Assembly: GCA_965112735.1 (NCBI GenBank)
Contig: OZ218963.1
Coordinates: forward strand, 1,922,001 to 1,986,000
Length of the DNA: 64,000 nucleotides
From: Phaeosaccion multiseriatum
Lineage: Eukaryota > Protista > Ochrophyta, other classes
Reading direction: 5' to 3'
In this document: positions 1-16,329 of the stretch, one piece after another
How the letters are laid out: the number at the start of each line of letters is the position of its first letter
Position numbering within the stretch: the stretch's first letter is position 1
The notes under the pieces: generated by a model
The model's input: only the letters and a program-made list of their open reading frames with translations
The model's database searches: none
What the model was told of the DNA's origin: nothing
Program-made: the position numbers and the translations under genes

Positions 1-2687
<2,687 letters not shown>

Positions 2688-3606
2688 GGAAATGCAAAGA
2701 GCCCTCCGCCGTGAATTTGGGCCAGCTGTGAGCTTTTCGGATCACCACATCATCCCCCCGCCCCTCATTTCTCCCATCATAGATGGCACTTAAATTATAT
2801 ACAACACCTCATCAACAGTCGACAACAGGGGTATTTTTACAAGGGCCCTTGCCCTCTGTAAGGGAATGTCTCCATTTGGTGTACAAAATCCTTAAGGGAG
2901 TAAGGAAGTCAACACCCTTGGGAATTTGCTCCCGTGTGGAAAAGATGTACAACACCCTTAAGGGAAAGGGGGGCGACAGCCTTAATGGTGTTTAAAGGAG
3001 TTAAGGGTGCACAACGGCGAGGGCCAGTCCATTTGATGCGCAAGGGGCGTTGTTAGCGGGTGCGGGAGAGCACCTCCTCGTACAGGGGACCACGGAATCA
3101 CAACAAAAAAAGCAAGACGTCCATGTCGTACTCATCATCCTCCTCCAGCCATATCCTCCTCCACATCCTCCTGCTCCTCCCGCTCGTCGGCAACTCTATC
3201 CACCCGAGAGGGGGATTTGAAGCCTTCTGGCTGAGGATGTGCTCCGTGAGATATGTAGCTGCAATGACAGCCAGGGGCCTAACAAACTATCACCAGGTGG
3301 GCAGCGTCCATATTTACCCCCTGTGTGGGGGTGGGCTCAACCATGGAGCTGGTCCTGCGCCATTTCAGTTTCTTAGATGATTCCTCTTAAGTCAATAAAA
3401 TACCTATCCCCTTGTATGACCGAGAGCGTGTTCGCCTCTCCACCTTCGCCATCGAGACCCACGGCCGACTCGGCGCACAGGCGCAATCGCTCCTGCACGC
3501 CCTCGCCGAGCACGTGGTCTCCCGCACAGGCCGCACTGGCTCTTCCACCACAAAGGGCCACGTCCTCACCAGACTTCGCCGCCTCGTCAGCTGCAGCCAC
3601 CAGATG

Positions 3607-3969
3607 TCGGCCCCTGACAAGGTTCTGGGTTCCAGGTTCTGGCCGGCGCCAGCCGGCCGGGTTCCAGGTTCTGGCCGGCGCCAGCCGGCCAGGTTCCAGG
3701 TTCTGGCTGGCGTCAGCCGGCCAGGTTCCAGGTTCTGGCTGGCGTCAGCCGGCCAGGTTCCAGGTTCTGGCTGGCGTCAGCCGGCCAGGTTCCAGGTTCC
3801 CCGGAAAAAGCCGTGTAATAAGGCAATGATAAGGTCCCCTGAACCTGGTAGAACCTGGGTTCCAGGTTCTGGCCGGCGTCAGCCGGCCAGGTTCCAGGTT
3901 CTGGCTGGCGTCAGCCGGCCAGGTTCCAGGTTCTGGCCAGGGTCGCCTCAGAACCTTGTCAGGGGCCGA
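3607..3969. mobile_element. MITE, TCGRC-terminus family, with 6-bp TSD CAGATG
   Basis: 21-bp TIR TCGGCCCCTGACAAGGTTCTG / CAGAACCTTGTCAGGGGCCGA. CAGATG lies at 3601-3606 and 3970-3975. Internal tandem 32-bp units CCAGGTTCCAGGTTCTGGCTGGCGTCAGCCGG. Confidence 0.9.
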
Positions 3970-4101
3970 CAGATGTGGCTCTCGGAGCGAGAGCGCGCCT
4001 TCCTGGGTCGGCTCAACCGCGGAGCCGGTCCTGCACTCCCCCTCCCCGCCCTAGAGGGGGAGTAACCGGCCCCTCGAGGGCCTCGGCGACTCAGCGACAC
4101 C

Positions 4102-4228
<127 letters not shown>

Positions 4229-4534
4229 TCAGTTTCTTAGGTGATTCCTATTAAGTCAATAAAGTCCCTCGCCGGGCGGTTAATGACATACAACGCCCGC
4301 CTCTCCCCCAATCGATCATTGAACATCGAACAAAATCAAAACAGTGTATCGTGTCAAAGTGGGTCGTGTATCTTTCAATCCCTCTTGTGTCTGGCACTGA
4401 TTGTTTCGTCCAGCAAGAGCACAACGCAATCAGTGCATGCCACCAGCAAGTGCGCGGCGAGTTGAGGAACAGCCAAGTCCATGAGACAAGACTTCTCGTA
4501 ATGATATAACCACCACCAGAGATCCGAAAAAGCA

Positions 4535-6314
4535 ATGAACGATGAACAAGGCAAGCTGAAGCCGCCTCTACTCCTGCACCTCTTCTCTGCGCCCTTGATC
4601 CAGCGTGAAGAGGTTTTTCTGGAGGGAGGAGAGGTGGACTCGAGGGTGCTGCCTGTAGAGGAGTTGGACTACGCGGGAGAAAGGACCGCTTTGCTCGAGT
4701 AAGTAAGGATATAATGAAGTTGTCTCTCTATAGTTTGCCTGCCTGCAGCTTGACGTTTCTTCTTTCCCTCCTTCCCCCTCCTCCTTTCCCCCCCCTCTTC
4801 CCCTCTCCTCCTTTTTTTCTTCTCGTTGTTTCTCCTGCACCTTGATGTTCCTTCCATCCCCCCCCCCCCTTCACCCTCCTCCTCTGCCTCACTCACTCGT
4901 AACAAAATTGTGCACCAATAACACATCTATAGTGCCATTGCACAAGGGGGAAAGCGTGTACGTTTCCGCTCCGAGGTGGCCAAGGCCCACTCCCTGCTCG
5001 TCAGCCTGGCACAGTGCAGGATGCTCCACTTCACCGGACATGGCATGCAGGGCTACCTTGCGCTGGAGAATGACCACGGAGAAGTTCAGGTCAGGCTCAG
5101 GCTCAGGGCCACGAGGGTCGGGGCCTGCCTGTCTTTCCCACGCCACGATAAAAGACCGGCGGTGATGATACTAAATCACGTGGCTAATTCCCGTGGGCCA
5201 AGAGAGGCGCCGCACTCACCATCTCATCTGGTGTGTTTGTGATGCCCGCTCCGGTTATCCATCTGGCAGGCCGTAACAAATGACGTTCTCCAGTCGTGGG
5301 TCTCGGGCACTCACCCTCTACCCACCATCGTCTTCGTGAGCGCTTGCTACTCCGAGAGCGTTGCATCGGCCTTCATCAGCGCAGGAGTCAAGCACGTCAT
5401 TGCAATCTCGCAAAACACGAGGGTAAGGGGGGGGAATACAGTTTCTACCATGTCTCTCTCCCTTCACGCCACACTGCCTCACCTCCCTCCTCCCCCCCTT
5501 GCGCCTTTCTGGATGTGCGTGGGTCTACGCGTGGGTGTGTTTGGGTCTATGTGTGGGTGTAATTGTGACGGTCCACGTGTGGGTGCGTTTGTTTGGTCTA
5601 CGCAGGTGCTGGATTCCAAGGCGAAGGACTTCACGCAGACATTCTACACAATGGTCCTCAGGGGAAACTCCGTGGCGCAGGCCTTCAAAGCTTCCAAAGG
5701 TCAGTCGAGCAGAAGGAAGCAGAGAGCGGGGACAAACGCACACACGCACGCACACACGAAGACAGGGAAGAGAGAGAGAGAGACGGGGGAGGGGGGGACG
5801 CTTCCCGCTCCCCTGTCAGCACGACGGACCCGTTTTCGTGCCTTTGCTTTTTAACACTCGATTTGCGTAAGAATCGCCCCAATCGCCCGTTTTTTAGGGA
5901 TCGGGCGGCAAGGGGGAGTGCTCTTGCAGAAATGCTGACAACTACGGAAGGGAAGAGGCGATGAAAGCCGAAAGACCATGGATCGTTAGGCATCTCAGAG
6001 AGCTACACGAAGAGCTATAGCGCTTCTCCCAGCGTCATTTTGTGCGTGCGTCTCTCTCTCTCTCTTGCTTATCGGTTATCTCTCCTTTTCTTGTGTGTGT
6101 GAGTGTTGTACGTTTATGCGCCACGCCCTTTCTCCCGCCCTCCCCTACGTTCCTTCCTCCACCCCCCCCCTCCTTCCTTCCTTCCTTCCCTCCCTCCCTC
6201 CTCAGAGAGGGTGGGCGTAGACAGCACGCATACCCACGAGGCCGACAAGTTTCGTCTCCTCCCCGCAGAGAGTGCCCACATGGAGATGCCCTTCGCAGGT
6301 AAACGAGATACCTC

Positions 6315-6345
<31 letters not shown>

Positions 6346-7290
6346 TGTGTGTGTGTGTGCGTGTGTGTGTGCGTGTGTGTGTGCGTGTGTGTGTGTGTGC
6401 GCGCGAGCGGGCGTGCGGGTAGTGCGTTTTCGCTCCACTGCCTCCTCCTCTCCAGCCCTCCCCCAGAAGGTTCCCTTTCCATCTCCTCTGAAGACAACTC
6501 CCCCCCCCTTTCTCTTCACACGGAAGAGACGCATACACGAAGCGCTGTCATTCCCGTCTTGCCTCTCGCCTGAGTCCTCTTCCCTCCCCCCACTTCTCTC
6601 TCTCTCCCTCCCTCCAACCCCCCCCCCCCCACTTCCGTCCCTCCATCCATCCATCCATCCCCCTTCTCCTCCTCTTTGCGCAACAACATGCAGACGTGGT
6701 CACCGGCCGCTTCGAAGACGTGAGCCTGCCTAAGTCTGTGGAGATGAGCATCCCGACAGTTACGCAGAACTTTGTGGGGAGAGCAGAGACAGTGCAGCAG
6801 GTGTACTGCAATCTGGCCGACCATGTAGGCGTTACAACCGTCATCGGACAGCCCGGGGCGGGGAAGACACAGGTAGGTAGGTAGGTAGGTAGGTAGGTAG
6901 GTAGGTAGGTAGGTAGGTAGGTAGGTAGGGAGGTAGGGAGTTGGGTAGGTGGGTAGGTAGGTAGGCAGGTAGGTAGGTAGGTAGGTAGGCAGGTAGGTAG
7001 GCAGGTAGGTAGGTGGGTAGGTGGGTAGGTGGGTAGGTGGATAGGTAGGTGGGTAGGTAGGTTGGTTGGTTGGTGGGCTGGTTGGTTTGGTAGTGTGTGA
7101 GTTATATCCCCCGGTACCGTAGAGGAGGAGAGACTTTGAGACCGATAGAGGGGAGAGGGTGGAAGGAAGGAGGAAGGAAAGGGGGGGCGGGTTTAGGGTT
7201 AGAGGCAGAGGGAGAGAGAAGGCGAAGGAAGGCAACAAGACAGAGGAAGCATCATCAGTCCAAAATGAAACAGAATGACTTCATCAAAGT

Positions 7291-7332
<42 letters not shown>

Positions 7333-7795
7333 AGCGCAACACAGCGTAACTCACCGGAAAGCACCTCCATCATCAGCACCGCTCCTCCTCCGTCACAACA
7401 AACCAAAGCCTCCTCACCTTCATTGCCTGCCCCCTCCCCCTGACTGCGGAACTTTTGCGCTCCCCTTTTCCCTCCTGATGGCCACATCTCAGGTTGCGCT
7501 CCGAGCGGCTCGGTACGCGGTGGAGCGCTTCGCCCCGGCCTACGAGGAGGTGTTCTTTGTGCAGATGGGTGGCGATGGAGGTAGGAATTCGTGGAGATTG
7601 GGGGGGGGTGAGGTAAGGGAAACAGTAGGGAAAAGACAAGTGAAAGTTCCACAGTATTGTCATACCTGGAAAACGAGTTGGGAAACGACAAGTGAAAGTT
7701 CCGCAGTATTGCCATACCTCGTGTTGCCTATATACTCGCATACCTGCATGCCTCTATTTACCCCCCACAATCAATGCTTCATACCCGTATACCCC

Positions 7796-7830
<35 letters not shown>

Positions 7831-8449
7831 TTCTCTGTATGTCTGTCTCTCTCTCTATGTGTGTGTCTGCCTGTCGGTCTCTCTCTCTGTCTGTGTGTCT
7901 GTCTGTCTGCCTCTTCTCCCTTTGGGTGCGGATAAGGTGGTATTCGTGCGGCCACCGAGCAGCAGCTCTTGTCGAGCTTTGCCGCGGCCTTTGGCTTCAC
8001 CCCCCCGCAACCCAGCGACTACGCTGCTGCTGCTCCTGCGGCTGCTGCGGCTCACAGTCACAGGCGGCAGATGGAGCTGGACGATGTACTCATCGCCCAT
8101 ATCAAGGAGAGATGCGACAGCGGAGGAGGGGGGAGGGGTGCACATGAAGGCAGCAGCAACAGCAGCCGCCGCCGCAGCAGCGGCAGCAGTAGGCCGCGCG
8201 GTTCGGTAACGGCTGATGAGGGTCGCGGAGGGTATGGAGGAGCAGGGGGGCTGAAGACGCACTTGTGTGTCCTGGATGGGTGTCGGCCTTGGCTCGTCTG
8301 CGATAGGTTGAGGTAAGGGAGCGAGTGAGCAAGTGATGGGCTGTGCCGTTAGTTGAGGGGGTCTTGTTGAGGGAGGGGCTGGAATGAGGCTTGTGTCGGC
8401 CAACAATCCCATTGACGAGCCCCGGACTCCCTGACTTGAGGATTGTGTG

Positions 8450-8485
<36 letters not shown>

Positions 8486-8498
8486 TGTGCATGTGTGC

Positions 8499-8533
<35 letters not shown>

Positions 8534-9069
8534 CGAGCTTTAATTCATGCCCTCCTTGCCTCCTTTCATCATCTCGGCCTCCCTCCTTCCCTCCCTCCCT
8601 CCCTCCCTCCTACCGCCCCCCCTGCCTGCCAGAGTCATCCCATTGTCCACGTTTGTCCGCAAGCTCTCTCAGCGCGTGCCCCGACTTCAGCTCATTCTGA
8701 CCATGGTGCAACAGGTACAGTACAGTTACAATTATCAGTTACAATTATAGTTACGGTACAGTACATGGTACACTACATGTACGTACATTACATTGGTGCA
8801 TTCACGACACGCTCCTCCTCCGCAGTGCACTGCAGTTGCAGTAACAATCATCATTCATTCAGAGTCATCTCCTCGGGGAGGCTTCGTTTCGAAAGCGAAA
8901 GCTCTATCTGTCGGTTTGCGGGTGTCTCTGGTGTCAGCTCGTTGCTGTTCACACTAACTAACTCCGCTGCACATGTGCAGGGCATTTGAAAGCGCCATCC
9001 AAAATGAGGAGCCACACTTGGCTCTAACCGCTGGCCTTGCCAACGTCTTTCGATGCTGTGTGTGTGTGT

Positions 9070-9126
<57 letters not shown>

Positions 9127-9920
9127 TGTGGATGTATGTCAATGTGTGTATGTGTGTGTGCGTGGATTTGCTGCTATCTCAGGTGGGCATCGAGGGGGAG
9201 AAGGTCGTCAACGTGAGGCCTCTCGCGGCTCTGGAAGTGGCGGAGCTGTTCTGCAAAGAGGTGCGTTGAGCGGTCCCTGTAGACTCTGCATGCACACTCA
9301 TTAGCACCTTATCGTTACATCTCAAGTGTGAAGACTGTGGAGACGGGGGGGGGTGCGGCTGGGAGGGAGGGAAGGAAGGAGGGAGGATCGGAGGTAGGGA
9401 GGTAGGTAGGTAGGGAGGGAGGGAGGGAGCTGCTGCACGGCATTACCCACCTGCTGATCAACCAACAAAGTTCTGCTTGTTCCCCCTCTTCCTCGTGGTG
9501 TGTTTGCTTGCCCTGACGTGTCATCTCATGTCAACGTTTGGATGAGTAACAGGCTCCTCGTCAGTTGAGCTTCGCAGAGCTCACACTGGGAGTGTATGCC
9601 GTGTTTCAGTTACCGGAGACGGTGTTCTCACAGGGCGACATTATCAGAAAGATAGGTACTGTGCGAGGGAAGCTAAGCCGAAGGTCCGGAAGGTCGGCGG
9701 CCATGGTGGGGTCCCACTTAGCCTGGCGTTACACTGAGCCCGATCGGAAAAGAGAAGCGCGTCTCTCACTCCCTCTCACTCCGTCTGTCTCTCACGGATC
9801 CGCCGCCCTCCCGCTGGGCCTGGGTTTGGTCGTTCTCTATACCGGTTCGCTTTTCAGTAGAGCGCATCGACTTACTGCGCCTTTCCTGCCCGCCCGGCCT
9901 CTCGTCTGTCCCACATGCTC

Positions 9921-9954
<34 letters not shown>

Positions 9955-10761
9955 CTTTCTCACACACACACACACACACCTCCCCCATGTGCCTGTGCCG
10001 TTGTGACACACGTCACCATGTCACATAAGGTGGAAACCCTCGAGTATGCATTGCTGTGAGCAAGGCTGTTCCCGTGGACAATCCCGCCTTTCTGCTGGAC
10101 AGCGAGGACATGCTGCTTGACTCCTTCATTCCCGCCCAGCTCAAGGCCATCGCAGAGGAGGAGGAACTCTTTGAAACACAGCTGCAGCAGCTCGGAGACA
10201 GCAGCAACAGCCGCAGCAACGCTTCCGCGGGCATGTAAGTGGTGGTGTCTTTGCTTTCTGCTTGGCGACTGGTGACTCTCACTCGTGAAGGAATAATGTA
10301 CCGATTCCATGGGGAATGGAATGCTCCGTGGAATGTTCTGTGACTCACTCCCGAAATGGCCCCTCTCTTCCCATCCTGTCTCCCGCAACTGTGTGTGTGC
10401 GTGTGTGCGTGTGTGTGCGTGTGTGTGCGTGTGTGTGTGTGTGCAGCAGCCCTACCCCCGTCCGCTCCCCGGTCCGCAGTGTAGGTACGGGCAGCAAAGT
10501 CGACGTGCAGCTTGAAGCAGGTGCGTGTGTGCGTGTGTAGGATCTGTGTGAAGTCATTCGTTTCGTCCTTTAGTGTAGTTGGTCGTTCTGGAAACCAAAT
10601 GTATGAGTGTATGGGAAGCAGCACATGAACCTTTCTTGTCTCTCGTACTCTAATCTCTCCCTCTATCGGTGCATGGGGTCTCTCTTTTCTTTTGCTTCAC
10701 GAATCAACTCTCTTACTCTGACCTCTCTCTCTCTCTCTCTCTCTGTGTGTGTCTCTCTGTG

Positions 10762-10810
<49 letters not shown>

Positions 10811-12072
10811 TCATGTCTTGCTTCGATCGAGTCAAGGCCACATCGTGTGGATGGCGGCCGTGAAGAGCGCTACCCAAGCCGCACAGCAGAAGGGTCCCTG
10901 GGTGGAAATGGATGGAGGAGGACAAGGAGGGGGGGGGAGGGGGGCACCGCCAAGCCATTTTGGGAGGAGAGAACAGCACCAACAGCAGCAGAGCGCTGTG
11001 CACGTCAACCCAACAGCCACGGAAAACTTCCACAGTGACGTTCCGTGGGCGGCGATGGGCGATAGCGTGGCTCGGTACTGTGCCTGCGCCTTGCGGCTGG
11101 GAAAGGAGAGGCCCCTCAGTGAAGCGGATTTGGCCTTCCTGGGCTCCTGCAGGTTGGTGGGTGGGGGATAGTTAAGGGGTTGGGGGGTTGGAGGGGCGGG
11201 GGTTTGAGGAACGGTGTCAAGTCAAAGTATGGGGTGTGGTGAGCAGCTGAAAAAACGGGTCTGTTCTGGTGTGCCCACCTCACTCCTCCCCCCCCCCCCC
11301 CCCTCTCCCCCCCCCGGCCGTACGCCGCGAGTTGCTGATGAATCTTTGGTCTCACCACTGCCACCTGTGAATATTGCATGGTTGTGGAATGCTTTAGGAA
11401 GATCTGGAGGAATGGGAGCCGGGAAGGCAAGGGGAGAGCCCCCGAGGAGAGGGGGGGCATGGTGTCGTACCGAGCCTTCAGCACGTGCTTCTGGCCCTGG
11501 TTCTACGCCTGTGTGGCCATGCTTAAGCGGACAGGGCTGTGGGCAAGAGGAGAGAGGGGAAGGCATCCAACCCATTCGGCGACGGCCAATACGACGGTTA
11601 CGACGGTTTCGGAGACGAGGAATACAGCCATTGCGGGCTTCATTGGCGACTCAGAAGCGGAGAAGCGGTTACGGAATTGTGCTGGGGGCACGTTTCTCAT
11701 CCGAGTCGGAACCAGCGCCAAGAGCACGCTTGTGATCTGTTACACTCGACGTAAGAGCTCGAGGCGGCCCGGGTGCAAGAGGGCAGTCGTGCTTCTGACC
11801 GAGGAGGTGAGCAAAGGGGGGGGGGGGCTGAGGGGAGAGGTGTGGATATCAAGTTCGAGCTTGCTGTTGTTTAAACCGATCGCGATCGTTGTATCGATTT
11901 CTGAATGTTCGATCCCGTCTTGTCTCTCCCCTTTGCCATGGCACAGGGGCGGTTTCAACCCTACGCCGAGCACCACCAGGCGAGGCACCCGTCCATCCCC
12001 ACGAGCTCCAGCGGAACGCCTGGAGACAGGAGCAGCAGGAGCACCACGAGCACCTCCGGTCTTTCTTCTTCT

Positions 12073-12108
<36 letters not shown>

Positions 12109-12450
12109 CGGCGTGTGAGCTACCCTAGCCTGTCTTCGCTCATCCTCGACCGTCCGGAGCTGCTCACTCTCCACCCGGGCACTCCCAAGGCCGCAGTGTT
12201 CGGCAACGATGACTCCTCGGCTCCCATCGCTTCTTCTGCCGCTGCTGCTTATGGTGGTGGTGGTGCCTGGAGTGGTGCCCAGCAGGGAGGGTGGGTGGGC
12301 AAAGCTCTTCCGCCCAACGCCACGCCTCACGTCACACGAGGTAGAGAAGGAGGAGAAGGAGAAGGAGGGGAAAGGGGCGTTGAGGGAGGCAGAAGGAGCA
12401 GACCGAGCCAGACGCATCCTATGCCTGACTTTTACGAGCCAAACCTGTGA
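4535..12450 (+). CDS. NLR-like protein: CHAT (caspase-fold) protease + STAND/NB-ARC-like NTPase + STAT-type linker-SH2; 16 exons, about 1023 aa
   Basis: Exons 4535-4698, 4933-5089, 5270-5422, 5606-5699, 6206-6298, 6694-6872, 7493-7580, 7937-8312, 8633-8714, 9183-9260, 9553-9655, 10030-10234, 10450-10520, 10837-11152, 11398-11806 and 11947-12450 all join at GT-AG sites in one frame (3072 nt). Motifs: LHFTGHG and VFVSACYS (CHAT His/Cys dyad); [18 protein letters not shown] and GGNP (STAND); [40 protein letters not shown] (STAT linker-SH2). Confidence 0.85.
5851..6040. mobile_element. Rearranged fragment of the TTAA-flanked foldback element, inside intron 4 of the CHAT-STAND-SH2 gene
   Basis: TTAA+CACTCGATTTGCGTAAGAATCGCCCAA terminus, plus a ~120-bp block (GAAATGCTGACAACTACGGAAGGGAAGAGGCGATGAAAGCCG...) nearly identical to about 15740-15850. 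Confidence 0.8.
6873..7060. repeat. (GTAG)n/(GGTG)n tetranucleotide tract starting at a splice donor
   Basis: GTAGGTAGGTAG... begins at the first base of the intron that follows the Walker A exon. Confidence 0.9.
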
Positions 12451-12703
12451 ATCAGCCCTTTCTACTTTTGACCCTTGGCCCTTGGTTGAAAATCGATACT
12501 ATGGATAGGGATAACCGGTTTTCCTCCCACAGCAGCGAGGCCAGGTGGGTCTGACGACTATTTAGCCATTTAGAAAGAAGAAAAGAAGGAGGTATCGAGT
12601 GGCGAAGCCTATTTATAAAACCGGAGGACAGAACCGAATATGTACAAATTGACCTTAATTAAGCACTTTAATTTTGATCAGTATCACGTGGATTAAGTAA
12701 GCA

Positions 12704-14872
<2,169 letters not shown>

Positions 14873-14979
14873 GGTGCACACAATGTGGTACAGCGATGGT
14901 TGGGTGGAGGGGTGGGGGCGGGGGAGTTTTAGTTTCAGCTTATTCTTATTGTGATTGAGATGTGTTTTTTTAGTTTTTT

Positions 14980-15252
14980 TTTACGCCCCGTGAATTTTTT
15001 TTGACGCCAAATGACGATTACTTTGACGACGTTTGACGGCTTTTGAACCCCTTTTTTACCCACTTTACAGCCAAAAAAAATCACGGAAAAGGGCGTCAAA
15101 GAGCGTCAAAGGGCGTCAAAGTGCGTCAAATAGGGCTTTAAAGTGGGTAAAAAAGGGGTTCAAAAGTCGTCAAACGTCGTCAAAGTAATCCTCATTTCGC
15201 GTCAAAAAAAATTCACGGGGCGTCAAAAGTGCTACTCAACCGCAAAATCACA
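14980..15252. mobile_element. Left-truncated copy of the TA-flanked foldback MITE
   Basis: Internal inverted repeat (TTTGACGACGTTTGACG / CGTCAAACGTCGTCAAA). The right end CTCAACCGCAAAATCACAG matches 16311-16329. Confidence 0.75.
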
Positions 15253-15346
15253 GAACCTTTTTTTTTTCTTTTTTTTCCCTCATCCACTTTTTCTTTGTTC
15301 TCCCGAAAAAAAATATGTGATGCATTTTTTTTTCGTTTTTTTTTAA

Positions 15347-15924
15347 CACCCCGTTTGCGTAAAAATCGCCCAAATTTATAGAAAAACAGTTTTCGCGCAT
15401 TTGCAGAGAAATGACGCTGGGAGGAGCGCTGTAGCTCTTCGTGTAGCTCTTTGAGATCCCCACCGATCCATGGTCTTTCGGCTTTCATCGCCTCTTCCCT
15501 TCCGTAGTTGTCAGCATTTCCGCAGCAGCACCCCCTTCCCGGCGGGGGGGGGACGGGGGATATGCACCCCACGGAAATCGCACCAGGCTTGCCAAGGGTC
15601 CTGCTGCTGCTCCACTGTGGCTAGCCGCCGTAGCGCTGCGCCTGTTCTCTTGCAGAAGGGCGGGCAAGCTGCCCATGAGCGATTTCCGTGGCGTGCACAT
15701 CCCCCTTCTCCCCCCCCCCCGGGAAGGGGGTGCTGCTGCGGAAATGCTGACAACTACGGAAGGGAAGAGGCGATGAAAGCCGAAAGACAATGTATCGGTA
15801 GGCATCTCAAAGAGCTACACGAAGAGCTATAGCGCTCCTCCCAGCGTCATTTCTCTGCAAATGCGCGAAAACTGTTTTTCGCCGGAAATCGGGCAATTTG
15901 GGCGATTTCTACGCAAACGGAGTG
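15347..15924. mobile_element. Foldback element with ~235-bp TIRs flanked by TTAA (piggyBac-like non-autonomous element)
   Basis: TTAA|CACCCCGTTTGCGTAAAAATCGCCCAAATT ... AATTTGGGCGATTTCTACGCAAACGGAGTG|TTAA. Arms 15347-15580 and 15679-15924 are near-complementary around a ~100-bp spacer. Confidence 0.85.
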
Positions 15925-15953
15925 TTAAAAGTAATAAATGTATTTTTTTAATA

Positions 15954-16329
15954 CTGTGATTTCGCGGTTGAGTGGCACTTTTTACGCCCAATTACGCCCC
16001 ATTAATTTTTTTCTACGCCAAATGACGACTTTTTTGACGACGTTTGACGACGTTTGACGACGCTTTAGCCCCCTATTTGACGCCCTTTTACGCCCTTTTA
16101 CGCTCTTTGACGCCCTTTTATCTTAATTCGCCTTAATTTCGTCTAAAAATAATCACGTAAAAAAAAATCACGGAAGAGGGCGTAAAAGGGCGTAAAGGGG
16201 CGTAAAAGGGCGTCAAATAGGGGGCTAAAGCGTCGTCAAACGTCGTCAAAAAAGTCGTCATTCGGCGTAAAAAAAAAATAATGGGGCGTAATTGGGCGTA
16301 AAAAGTGCCACTCAACCGCGAAATCACAG
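15954..16329. mobile_element. Foldback MITE with TA TSD (Tc1/mariner-like)
   Basis: TA|CTGTGATTTCGCGGTTGAGTGGCACTTTTTACGCCCAATTACGCCCCATTA ... TAATGGGGCGTAATTGGGCGTAAAAAGTGCCACTCAACCGCGAAATCACAG|TA. About 50 bp is perfect, followed by a longer imperfect TIR. Confidence 0.88.

Noticed and set aside
3363-3399. 40-bp direct repeat as a spliced-leader or snRNA gene
   Set aside because: The resemblance is limited to a short CAGTTTCT, and no Sm site or recognisable snRNA structure could be supported.
3625-3940. 32-bp repeat array as a CRISPR array
   Set aside because: The units are contiguous with no unique spacers, no cas genes are present, and the array is enclosed by TIRs and a TSD in eukaryotic DNA.
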